Below, one piece after another: positions 28,172 through 38,399 of a stretch of 64,000 bases of DNA; the stretch's first letter is position 1, and each line of letters opens with the position of its first letter. Origin of the DNA: Leptonemataceae bacterium (lineage in GTDB: Bacteria; Spirochaetota; Leptospiria; Leptospirales; Leptonemataceae); contig OZ245742.1 of NCBI GenBank assembly GCA_965227295.1, positions 4,832,001 through 4,896,000 on the forward strand. The letters are read 5' to 3'. The notes beneath the pieces were generated by a model. It saw only the letters and a program-made list of their open reading frames with translations. It did no database searches and was not told where the DNA came from. The position numbers and the translations under genes are program-made.

Positions 28172-28695
28172 ACTCCTGGATTCTCTTAATATTCGGCGGC
28201 CTATTCTTAGTGACCCTGCTGCTTTTGCCCGTGGTGGTTCGGGAATGGTCTCCGAAGGCCGCGCCGAAGAAGCAGCGCCGTATCTCCGAACGTAGAAAAT
28301 CGGGACCGACCAAAGCGGAAAAACCCGCCGCCCTTCCCCGGGCCGCCGGAGATCGGGTGGCACTGCCGGAGTTGCGCTTTGCCGTGAACTCTCCCCGCCT
28401 GGATCCGGAGTCCTCGGAACAACTGGCGCCCCTGGCCGGTTCGCTGAAAGAAGACCCGGCCATGCGCATTCGCATTGAAGGGCATACGGACGACTTCGGC
28501 TCGCCGGAGGCGAACCTGTGGCTCTCGGAGCGCCGGGCCGAGGCCGTGCGGGATATGCTCATCGAAGTATTTTCGATTGAAGCGCAGCGCATTACGGCCG
28601 TGGGTTTCGGGGCGACGCAGCCTGTACTGCCCAATACCAGCCCCGAGGCGCGCGCCCGGAATCGTCGGGTGGAAATCGTCCGCCTGGACGGTTAG
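28168..28695 (+). CDS. OmpA/MotB-type peptidoglycan-binding membrane protein
   Basis: IEGHTD, NLWLSERRAEAV, RARNRRVEI; N-terminal transmembrane segment. Confidence 0.9.
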   Translation: MNSWILLIFGGLFLVTLLLLPVVVREWSPKAAPKKQRRISERRKSGPTKAEKPAALPRAAGDRVALPELRFAVNSPRLDPESSEQLAPLAGSLKEDPAMRIRIEGHTDDFGSPEANLWLSERRAEAVRDMLIEVFSIEAQRITAVGFGATQPVLPNTSPEARARNRRVEIVRLDG

Positions 28696-28720
28696 GACTG
28701 CAAATACGGAGTAACTTACG

Positions 28721-30187
<1,467 letters not shown>

Positions 30188-30206
30188 CAATGACCGACGC
30201 ACCGGG

Positions 30207-31262
30207 GTGTTTCTACTAACATTCACGGCGTTGTTATTAACGACAAACCTGTACGCCGGGCCGAAGGCCGGACCGGGTTTCAAGGACTTCGAACGCGCCT
30301 ATGCACTGGAACAAGAGAATCCCGCCGACGCCCTGAAGCTGTACAAACGTGCGCTGCGTCGCGGCCTCGCCCGGGACCTGCGCGAAACCGCCCGGTGGCG
30401 CATGTTCTATCTGTACCGCCGTGAGCAGGATTATCTGCCCGCCCTGCAATTGTTGCCGAAGATTGCAAAGGGCAAGGCCGGGCGGCAATTAACAAAAGAC
30501 TTTCACGAAGAGGTGCGTCGCGCCTACGCCATCGATGCAGACAGCCTGGACGAGGTTCGCCGCGGTCTCGCGACCGTCTCCGTGCCGGAGGCGAAAGGCG
30601 AGTCTTACTATCTTCACCTGGAGAATGCGCTCCGAAAACATCCGGGCAATTTGAAGTTGCTGGATGCCCTGGTTGCGTATCTCGTCGCCCACGATCGTAG
30701 CGCCTTTGCCCTCCGACTTGTGAATGCCTTTCCGGGAACCGATGCCGCCCTGGCCGGCCGTCGCGCCGCCCTGCTCATCGACCTCGGGCGGCCGCGGGAA
30801 GCCCTCGCCCTGCTCGAAGAAAGTGAATCGCAGATCCGGCCCGCGTGTCTGCTCTGGCCCGTCCGCGAGCCGGAAGATCGCAAACATCTGGCCGTCGTAC
30901 ATTACCAGAAAGGCCGCGCGTACCGGGAACTGGACCGGGAGGACGCGGCCGTCGATGAATTCCTGGAAGCAGCGGAGTACGGCGAACGGGTGCGAAACAT
31001 CGCCCTGGCGGCCTACGTCCTCTATCGCTCCGGTCGCGACGAGGATGCGCGGTCGGTATTGCGCCGGCTGAATGCAAGGGAACTGCGCTCTTCGTGCAAC
31101 GCGGGTGCCCTGCACGGCATTTTGCGCTCCCGGCTCCCGAACGAAGCGGCGGCGGCCCGGCAGGAATTGCAGACCTATGTGATTCCAGAGATCCGTGCCG
31201 GAGCCTGCTCGGGCTATCTCGCCGGGGAAGTGCGTAAGGTTCTGCAAGAGAAACGCCGATAA
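30207..31262 (+). CDS. Exported TPR-like helical repeat protein
   Basis: Signal-like N-terminus from GTG 30207 (start uncertain); helical TPR-like patterns (HYQKGRAYREL...AVDEFLEA). Confidence 0.65.
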   Translation: MFLLTFTALLLTTNLYAGPKAGPGFKDFERAYALEQENPADALKLYKRALRRGLARDLRETARWRMFYLYRREQDYLPALQLLPKIAKGKAGRQLTKDFHEEVRRAYAIDADSLDEVRRGLATVSVPEAKGESYYLHLENALRKHPGNLKLLDALVAYLVAHDRSAFALRLVNAFPGTDAALAGRRAALLIDLGRPREALALLEESESQIRPACLLWPVREPEDRKHLAVVHYQKGRAYRELDREDAAVDEFLEAAEYGERVRNIALAAYVLYRSGRDEDARSVLRRLNARELRSSCNAGALHGILRSRLPNEAAAARQELQTYVIPEIRAGACSGYLAGEVRKVLQEKRR

Positions 31263-31318
31263 AATCATTGACGATTCGTCGGCGTACTGCTTGCGTGTCT
31301 GCATAGAAGGAGCACCGC

Positions 31319-31432
31319 ATGTTCCCCGCAACATCACATACTCACGGCCCGCGCTTCCGCGCATCCTCTCTCCGCACTCCCGGCGGCCTGAGCCTTCTGC
31401 TACTACCCCTCGCCTTCCTATCACTACTATAA
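31319..31432 (+). CDS. Leucine-rich leader peptide (leuL-like) upstream of leuA
   Basis: GAAGGAG RBS; MFPATSHTHGPRFRASSLRTPGGLSLLLLPLAFLSLL*, 9 Leu in the last 14 codons, five of them CTA. Confidence 0.8.
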   Translation: MFPATSHTHGPRFRASSLRTPGGLSLLLLPLAFLSLL

Positions 31433-31536
31433 TTCACCGTAACAACGCGTGAATCCTTAACATTTTTCGGGCGTAAACTACGTCCGGCCGGTCTCTGCAT
31501 ACGCCGGCGCAATTTCACATACCCAGGAGTCTTATC

Positions 31537-33237
31537 ATGAAAGCGCATCACAAATACCGTCCTTACCGTCCCGTCCAGCTCACCGACCGCACCTGGCCGG
31601 ATCGTGGCATTCATCACGCCCCGCGCTGGTGCAGCGTGGATCTGCGCGACGGCAACCAGGCCCTGCCCGTCCCCATGAACCCGGACGAGAAACTGGAACT
31701 CTTTCGCACGCTCACGGCGATCGGCTTTGAGGAGATCGAGGCGGGTTTTCCCTCGGCCTCACAGATGGACTTCGAGTTTATTCGGCGTTTGTTCCAGGGG
31801 CGCGATGAAAACGATGCGCCGCTGTGTCCGGAGCACGTTACGATCCAGGTCATTTCCCAGGCGCGGGAGGCGTTGATTCGGCGCACCTTCGAGGCGTTGC
31901 CCGGTTGCCGACGGGCCATCTTTCATCTTTACAATTCGACGAATCCGGAGCAGCGACGACAGGTCTTTCGCCTGGATCGAGCGGGCATCGTCGACATTGC
32001 CGTGCGACATACGCGGCTCGTTCGCGAACTTGCACGGCAACTCTACGAAGAAGACGGTTCGCGGATCGTACTTCAGTACTCGCCGGAGTCATTCTCTTCC
32101 ACGGAGCCGGACTTCGCCGTGGAGATCTGCGCTGCGGTGATGGAGACCTGGCAACCCACCGCGGAGGAGCCGATCATTCTGAATCTTCCGGCGACGGTGG
32201 AACGCAGCGGCCCGCACATCTTCGCCGACCAAATCGAGTACTTTCATCGCAACCTCCCCGATCGCGAGCGCGCGGTGATCAGCATTCATCCGCACAACGA
32301 CCGCGGTTGCGCCGTGGCCGCGGCGGAGTTCGGCATCCAGGCCGGAGGCGAACGCATTGAAGGTACGCTTTTCGGCAACGGCGAACGCACCGGCAACGTC
32401 GATCTGGTAACGCTGGCGTTGAACCTGCACTCCCAGGGAGTGGATCCGCGCCTGGACTTTTCGAACATCGATGCCGTGCGCGAAACGTATGAGCGTTGCA
32501 CCCGCATGCGCGTACACGAACGCCATCCCTACGCCGGGGACCTGGTCTATACGGCCTTCTCCGGTTCGCACCAGGACGCCATCCGCAAGGGCTTCACCTA
32601 CCGCAAAGAACAGCTCACAGCGGCGGAACGTGCGGCGACCTGGGAGGTCCCGTACCTGCCCGTGGACCCGGCGGATGTCGGCCGTTCGTACGAGGCGGTG
32701 GTGCGCGTAAATTCTCAGTCCGGCAAGGGCGGCGCCGCTTTTCTGCTGGAACGCGATTACGGCTTAAGTTTACCTAAAATGATGTTACCGGTTTTCGGGC
32801 GAAACATCCAGGCCCGGGTAGACGCGGAAGAACGAGAACTCTCGGCCGCGGAAATCCATGCCGTCTTCGAAGAAGACTTTCTGGCGAAGGGAGGAAATGT
32901 GCGCATCCTGGAGATCGCCCAGGACGAGCGGAGTTGCTCCGTGCGTTTCACGCTGCAAGACTCCCGGACATACTCCGGCAGCGGGGCCGGTCCCATCGAG
33001 GCCTGCCGGGATGCTCTGCGAGACGTTCTTCCGGAGTTCGAAGTCGTCCACTACTCCGAAAGCGCCCGGGGCTCCGGCACCGCGGCGGAGGCCGTGGCGT
33101 ATGTCGCCGTGCGTTTCGGAAACGAGGGCGAACTCCATTGGGGCGCCGGGATGGATCGCAGCATCACCACGGCGTCGCTGCGCGCGCTGTTCTCCGCGGT
33201 GCCGGTGATCTCTAAAGATACGCTGAGTGTTGGTTAG
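31537..33237 (+). CDS. leuA: 2-isopropylmalate synthase
   Basis: WCSVDLRDGNQAL, YSPESF, HPHNDRG, GNGERTGN, AFSGSHQDAI, VNSQSGKGG. Confidence 0.95.
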   Translation: MKAHHKYRPYRPVQLTDRTWPDRGIHHAPRWCSVDLRDGNQALPVPMNPDEKLELFRTLTAIGFEEIEAGFPSASQMDFEFIRRLFQGRDENDAPLCPEHVTIQVISQAREALIRRTFEALPGCRRAIFHLYNSTNPEQRRQVFRLDRAGIVDIAVRHTRLVRELARQLYEEDGSRIVLQYSPESFSSTEPDFAVEICAAVMETWQPTAEEPIILNLPATVERSGPHIFADQIEYFHRNLPDRERAVISIHPHNDRGCAVAAAEFGIQAGGERIEGTLFGNGERTGNVDLVTLALNLHSQGVDPRLDFSNIDAVRETYERCTRMRVHERHPYAGDLVYTAFSGSHQDAIRKGFTYRKEQLTAAERAATWEVPYLPVDPADVGRSYEAVVRVNSQSGKGGAAFLLERDYGLSLPKMMLPVFGRNIQARVDAEERELSAAEIHAVFEEDFLAKGGNVRILEIAQDERSCSVRFTLQDSRTYSGSGAGPIEACRDALRDVLPEFEVVHYSESARGSGTAAEAVAYVAVRFGNEGELHWGAGMDRSITTASLRALFSAVPVISKDTLSVG

Positions 33238-34607
33238 TATTTCATGGGCAGGCTGATGCTCTGACCGGCGTCCAGGTCGAGGGGGACGAGAATATCAAAA
33301 CGCGTCCCCTGGCCCGGCATGGAGGTGATCTTAACGGTTCCCTCCATGTCGTCGACCCGGCGGCGGATGTTGTCCAGGCCGAAGCCGCGCAATTTGAGGC
33401 GTACCGCCTCCGGGGAAAAGCCGCGGCCGTCGTCTTCCAGCCTCAAGCTTACACGATCTCCCTGGTTCGCCAGGTGCAGACTCACCCGATCGGCGCCGGA
33501 GTGTTTGACGACGTTCGTGAAGAGTTCCTGCACGATGCGAAATAAATGCGTTTCCACCGTGCGTCCCGGCTTGGACTCGAGCTCGATCTCCAGGTCCACG
33601 TCGATGCCCTTCACGTCCAGGAAGTGTTTGGAGTACCAGCGGATCGCCGCTTCCAGGCCCAGATCGTTGAGCACCGAAGGATAGAGCCGCGTGTACAGAT
33701 CGCGTAATTCTTTGCTGGCCCGATCGATGAGATCCAGTCCGGCGCTGAACCGTTCCTTCATCTGCTCCGGATTCTTTTCGTACGACGTGAAGTTCAACTT
33801 CGCGGCGAGGATCGTCTGGCCCACCCCGTCGTGTAATTCCCGGGCGACCACCTGGCGCTCCCGCTCCTGCAAATGCAGCAGGCGCGAGTGCAGGGCCGTA
33901 ACTTTCTCTTCGAGTTTCTTAATGCGACTGATGTCTTTCAGAATCGCGCCGATCTGCGAACCGAAACGAAAGATGGTGTAACCGAACACCCGCTCGCCGG
34001 CCCGAAACTCGCAGTTCTCCACGACGGTGTGCTCCGATTCCTCGACGTTGGCCCGAAAGTCTTCTTCGTCCTTGCGGCTCATGGAGAGGACCTCGAATAC
34101 GGAGCGGTCTTCGACGCGGTCCCTGGAAATCCCGAACTCCCGCTCGAAGGTACGATTCACGAATCGAATGTGATAGTCACCGTCCATGGTGAGGATCGGC
34201 GAGATGTTGGAGACGATGCTGTCGAAGTGCGCGTGAATGCGCCGGGCTTCCCGGGCGGCGCCGGAGATACCCGTGAGGTCCACGACGATGCACTGGACCT
34301 CGTCACCGTAGAGGGGCTGAATGTAATAACGAACGTAAACGCTGTCGTCGTTGGCGGTGACGCAACCGCCCTCGGAGACAATGGGACGATCCTCCGCGAA
34401 GGAGCGGTCGAGGTAATCCGTGAGGCCGCAGTCCCGAAACGGCGCAAACTCCATGAGCGAACGCCCGGCACAGGCTTCCGGGGACGGCAGGTCCAACAGG
34501 GCGACCAGCACGGGATTGATTTCGATGATGCTTCCCTCCCGGCGAGCCCGCAACAAACCGATGGGGACGGAAGAGAATAACGTCTGGTACAGCTTCTCTT
34601 CGGACAC
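33234..34607 (-). CDS. PAS-domain sensor histidine kinase (HisKA_3, NarX/UhpB type)
   Basis: QERERQVVARELHDGVGQ, ELFTNVVKHS, EDDGRGF, GFGLDNI; two N-terminal PAS-like regions. Confidence 0.9.
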   Translation of the reverse strand: MSEEKLYQTLFSSVPIGLLRARREGSIIEINPVLVALLDLPSPEACAGRSLMEFAPFRDCGLTDYLDRSFAEDRPIVSEGGCVTANDDSVYVRYYIQPLYGDEVQCIVVDLTGISGAAREARRIHAHFDSIVSNISPILTMDGDYHIRFVNRTFEREFGISRDRVEDRSVFEVLSMSRKDEEDFRANVEESEHTVVENCEFRAGERVFGYTIFRFGSQIGAILKDISRIKKLEEKVTALHSRLLHLQERERQVVARELHDGVGQTILAAKLNFTSYEKNPEQMKERFSAGLDLIDRASKELRDLYTRLYPSVLNDLGLEAAIRWYSKHFLDVKGIDVDLEIELESKPGRTVETHLFRIVQELFTNVVKHSGADRVSLHLANQGDRVSLRLEDDGRGFSPEAVRLKLRGFGLDNIRRRVDDMEGTVKITSMPGQGTRFDILVPLDLDAGQSISLPMKY

Positions 34608-34648
34608 GTTTCAGGTTTAGTTCAAAAGACGAAAAAAATAAAGCAAAT

Positions 34649-35437
34649 TTATCTCAAATGATCGATCACCCGGGTCAGTTCCGCGTTCAGCGCGGCCAGT
34701 GTAGGGGTGGGATTGTCCCGAAGGAAGAAATGGGCACCGGGAATCATGTGCAGTCGAAAATCCGCGGACGTGTGAATGCGCCAGGCCTGAAGCTCGGACC
34801 GAATCGCGCGCTCATCTTCATCCCCCCCGAAGACTACGAGGGGTACCGGCAGGGGCGGCTCCGACCGATACTCATGAGATTCAAATACGGTAAAATCCGC
34901 ACGCAGCAACGGTACGAATATATCCAAAAGCTCACGATCTTCCAGCACGGCCCGGGGCGTACCGCCGTAGCTTTCCAGGCTTTTGATAAAATCCGGTTCC
35001 GCCAGCGTGTGCATAATCGGAAAACGCTCGGGTGTCTGTGGGGCCTTGCGCCCGGAAACAATCAGCAGTTCCGGGAGGCGGCGTCCTTCCCGGCGCAATC
35101 TGCGGGTAATCTCAAAGGAAATCAGGCCACCCATGCTGTGACCGAAAAGCACGAACGGTCCTCCGACGGCTTCCAGAACGGGCACAAACTCATCGATGAT
35201 GCGGTTCAAATCAGGAATCGGCGATTCCTTGATCCGCGTCTGACGCCCGGGTAGTTCCACTGCCAGGACTTCTACTTCCGGAGGCATGCTGTCATGCCAG
35301 GATCGATAGAGAGTAGAGTTGCCGCCGGCAGGCGGAAAACAGAACAGGCGTACAAGCGCCTCAGGCCGTTCCTGATTACAAACAATCCACGGACTCTTCA
35401 TCGGCGACAGCCTTACTGCCGCCGATGAGGTGTGCAT
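34649..35437 (-). CDS. Type II thioesterase (GrsT-like)
   Basis: LFCFPPAGG, GHSMGG, LLRADF, PGAHFF; start may be 35401. Confidence 0.92.
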   Translation of the reverse strand: MHTSSAAVRLSPMKSPWIVCNQERPEALVRLFCFPPAGGNSTLYRSWHDSMPPEVEVLAVELPGRQTRIKESPIPDLNRIIDEFVPVLEAVGGPFVLFGHSMGGLISFEITRRLRREGRRLPELLIVSGRKAPQTPERFPIMHTLAEPDFIKSLESYGGTPRAVLEDRELLDIFVPLLRADFTVFESHEYRSEPPLPVPLVVFGGDEDERAIRSELQAWRIHTSADFRLHMIPGAHFFLRDNPTPTLAALNAELTRVIDHLR

Positions 35438-35443
35438 CCGTTT

Positions 35444-36949
35444 TTACGCGGCAGCCTCGGATTTTGTCCGGCGATTGCCCGAACGTTTCCTCTTCCGCTG
35501 CTTGTCGGACTCGCGCAGTTTTTCCATAACGCCTTCACCGGGCTCCAGGGGGCGATACTGAGTTTCCGGACTCGGCATCGGCCCACGAAGCAGGCCGAAA
35601 GTATAACCCAGGATACGGAAAAACACGGAGGGACGGAAGAGTCCGACCGGCGTGTGAATGAAATGCAGCACCCGGAAGAACTCATCGTAAACGGCGGAGT
35701 ATTGGGCGGAGAGTTTGTGAACCGCACCGACATACCAGTGCAGGATTGGAAGATAGAAGGGACGCTTGCCCTCCGTCTCCTTATAGCGGAAATCTTCCGC
35801 GGTGGCCAGAACCCACGGGATCATCGAGACGGTCCACGAGGCCCGACGAAAAAAGCGTTTCGTAATATTCTTCAGGCCACGGTTCAAGGAACGATCCAAT
35901 GCTCGCACGGCCATCGATCCCACACTCATGCCCTGACCGTAGATGGGGTTAAACGAGCAAAGTGCGTCCCCTACGGCGACAAAGCCGTTGGGCAGCCTGC
36001 ACTTATCGTAACGCATACGCCTGGAGGCGGGCATTTTATATGAGGCAAATCCTGTGATAGGCTTCGCTTTTTTGATGGTTTCGTAGATATCCGGTCGGGC
36101 AAGGGACTTCGCGTGCTCAAGATAGCTTTCCTCGGTCATGGAAGCGTGCGCGCCGTGGTAGCCGGTCATGGTGACAATCCAACGCTTCCGTCCCTCGGGG
36201 CCCGGCTCGATGTGATAGATATAACCGAGGCGGCAATCCGGTGATTTCGGATAGATCATCATGGCCGCCCAGTCGCGCTCGGATTTCGCCGGCTGCTCGT
36301 ACAGGCGGGTCGTATAACCGATGTCGATGCGTACGCGATCTTCTCCAGGATGTTGATAACCGAGATCCTCAAGCCAGCGCGGGAATTTGGAACCGCGACC
36401 GGAGGCATCGACCACGAGATCAGCATGCACTTGTTCTTCGCGCATGGGGTTGTGAGACCGAATCGTGACCCCGCTAATGTTCTTTCGCTGCGCATCAACA
36501 ATCAAATTCATGACGTCGTGTTCGTAGAGAATGCGTACGTTCGCGCAATCCTGGTTCAGTCGCTTGCGAACCATCCACTCTACGAGCGGGCGGCTTTGGA
36601 GATAGAAGTACATATGGTTCGGCTTGCGTAACTTCCACACACCATGGTGATACCAGGCAAGATCCGCCGCCGTATCAGCCCGAACCGCGCCCGCAGCTTC
36701 CATTTCATCGAAAATTCCAGGGAAGTAATCCTGGACGATCTCCCGCCCTTTATCAAGCATAACATGGACATGCCAGCCTTGGGGAGCGCCCCGGCGGGGA
36801 AACGGCCCCTCCGGCGCATGGTCTCGCTCTACAACTATGACTTCGTCGAAGCGAGGCGAGAGGGCCCTGGCTGCCAGGAGGCCGATCATACTACCGCCAA
36901 CAACGATGGCTCGATCTCCGAGGCGTTTACCGTTTTTATTCTGAATCAT
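35444..36949 (-). CDS. FAD-dependent monooxygenase/oxidoreductase (LasC/MonCI-like family)
   Basis: AIVVGGSMIGLLAAR, RRGAPQGWHVH, DLVVDASGRGS, VGDALCSFNPIYGQGMS; GGAGG RBS. Confidence 0.85.
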   Translation of the reverse strand: MIQNKNGKRLGDRAIVVGGSMIGLLAARALSPRFDEVIVVERDHAPEGPFPRRGAPQGWHVHVMLDKGREIVQDYFPGIFDEMEAAGAVRADTAADLAWYHHGVWKLRKPNHMYFYLQSRPLVEWMVRKRLNQDCANVRILYEHDVMNLIVDAQRKNISGVTIRSHNPMREEQVHADLVVDASGRGSKFPRWLEDLGYQHPGEDRVRIDIGYTTRLYEQPAKSERDWAAMMIYPKSPDCRLGYIYHIEPGPEGRKRWIVTMTGYHGAHASMTEESYLEHAKSLARPDIYETIKKAKPITGFASYKMPASRRMRYDKCRLPNGFVAVGDALCSFNPIYGQGMSVGSMAVRALDRSLNRGLKNITKRFFRRASWTVSMIPWVLATAEDFRYKETEGKRPFYLPILHWYVGAVHKLSAQYSAVYDEFFRVLHFIHTPVGLFRPSVFFRILGYTFGLLRGPMPSPETQYRPLEPGEGVMEKLRESDKQRKRKRSGNRRTKSEAAA

Positions 36950-37145
36950 GTGTTACCTCCGCACCGTCACTTAAGCCGATTCAACTACAAACCGGCACTA
37001 AGCTATTATTATGACGATTTTTTAGTTAATAGTACCGAAAATAAAGAAAATAATTTCCTTTTTTCGACACTTAAGGCGGAAGTTAGTCGAGCCTCATACT
37101 CGCAGAGATCTGAAATAGTACGAAAGCACTAGAAGGTCACGAGCA

Positions 37146-37508
37146 TCAATCCCCGACTTTTGCCAGGACACTTTTGACGGGGGCGGGAATCGGCGCCGGC
37201 TGATGAAATTCAACGCCGACCAGATAGGCGTCCTGCTTGCCGACGGTCCCCATGCTCTGCCAGGCAACCCGTGCCACAAAGTGCATCTTTTCCTCAAGGT
37301 CCTTGCCGAGGAGGACACCTTCGATGTCGGCCCCGATTTCCGTGTGAAGGACAGCGCCTTTACTTACGGGAACCACAGCACAAAGGCCGGTCTCGGAGAT
37401 ATCACCGAGCATGGCGAAGAATTCTTCACCGGCAATGTTTAAGTTCAGTTCCAGCTTGAACTTGTTCAGGGCGTTGGCATAAACGCGCGGGCTTCGCATG
37501 CGTAACAT
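37146..37508 (-). CDS. Stand-alone PilZ domain protein
   Basis: GGAGG RBS; MLRMRSPRV, DISETG, ARVAW, VGVEF. Confidence 0.82.
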   Translation of the reverse strand: MLRMRSPRVYANALNKFKLELNLNIAGEEFFAMLGDISETGLCAVVPVSKGAVLHTEIGADIEGVLLGKDLEEKMHFVARVAWQSMGTVGKQDAYLVGVEFHQPAPIPAPVKSVLAKVGD

Positions 37509-37598
37509 GGGGCACCTCCGGTCGCCATGGCGTCGGCCCCGACTTGAAAACGCCACAAAAAACTGGACTGGAATCCGGAATCCCATGATTCCGGATTC

Positions 37599-38393
37599 AT
37601 GCGCGTAAATCCCGACCGCTCCGCCTACATCGTCTTGGACTCCGTAGATTCTACCAATCAGTATCTTATGCAGGCGGGGGTTCCCTCCGGGACCGTCTGT
37701 GTGGCGCGAACGCAGACCGCGGGCCGGGGACGACGGGGGAGACACTGGCATGCGCGCCCCGGAACGGCCGTTCTCTTCTCCACACTGCTGGTGCTGGAAT
37801 CCGACGTGTACCGGAACCTCGGCCCTCGCGTCGTCTGGTTTCCGTTGCTGGCCGGTCTCGCGGTCCTAAGAGTCGCTGAGCGAATTCTTACGGAATCCAC
37901 ATCCGCACGCAAACCGGATCTCTGGTTGAAATGGCCGAACGACCTCTATGCTGTTCGCGACGGCGTTCCCGGCAAGGCTGCCGGCATTCTGGTGGAGTCT
38001 TCGATCGGAAAAACTGAGAGTATGCGAGTCGTGATCGGCGCGGGTATTAACTTCAGCGACGTTCCTGAGGACGTGCCGGATGCGACGGTGCCGCCGGCGG
38101 CTTTGCTTTCCGAAAGCAGGGCGGAACAGCAAGAACCTTTTGAAATCTTCGTACCGCTCTACATTGCCGAATTCAACGCGCGACTGAGCCAGCTCTCCGG
38201 CGACACAAAGGTACTCCCGGACTTTCTCCGGGAGATCCGCGCCAGGGATTACCTCCGGAATCGCCTGGTTCGCACTGGTGGAGAAACGTTTGCCGCACGC
38301 GGGATCTCCGACACCGGGCGGCTGATCCTGGAAAAAGACGGAGTGCGCACGGAAACGGATGACGCCCCGGATCTTGAGATCCTGCCGGACTAA
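37599..38393 (+). CDS. birA: Biotin--protein ligase (no DNA-binding domain)
   Basis: DSTNQYL, QTAGRGRRGRHW, LKWPNDL, KAAGILVE, GAGIN. Confidence 0.92.
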   Translation: MRVNPDRSAYIVLDSVDSTNQYLMQAGVPSGTVCVARTQTAGRGRRGRHWHARPGTAVLFSTLLVLESDVYRNLGPRVVWFPLLAGLAVLRVAERILTESTSARKPDLWLKWPNDLYAVRDGVPGKAAGILVESSIGKTESMRVVIGAGINFSDVPEDVPDATVPPAALLSESRAEQQEPFEIFVPLYIAEFNARLSQLSGDTKVLPDFLREIRARDYLRNRLVRTGGETFAARGISDTGRLILEKDGVRTETDDAPDLEILPD

Positions 38394-38399
38394 TAGATA

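Noticed and set aside
37509..37751. Upstream extension of the PilZ ORF
   Set aside because: It overlaps birA on the opposite strand; a GGAGG RBS supports the 37508 start.
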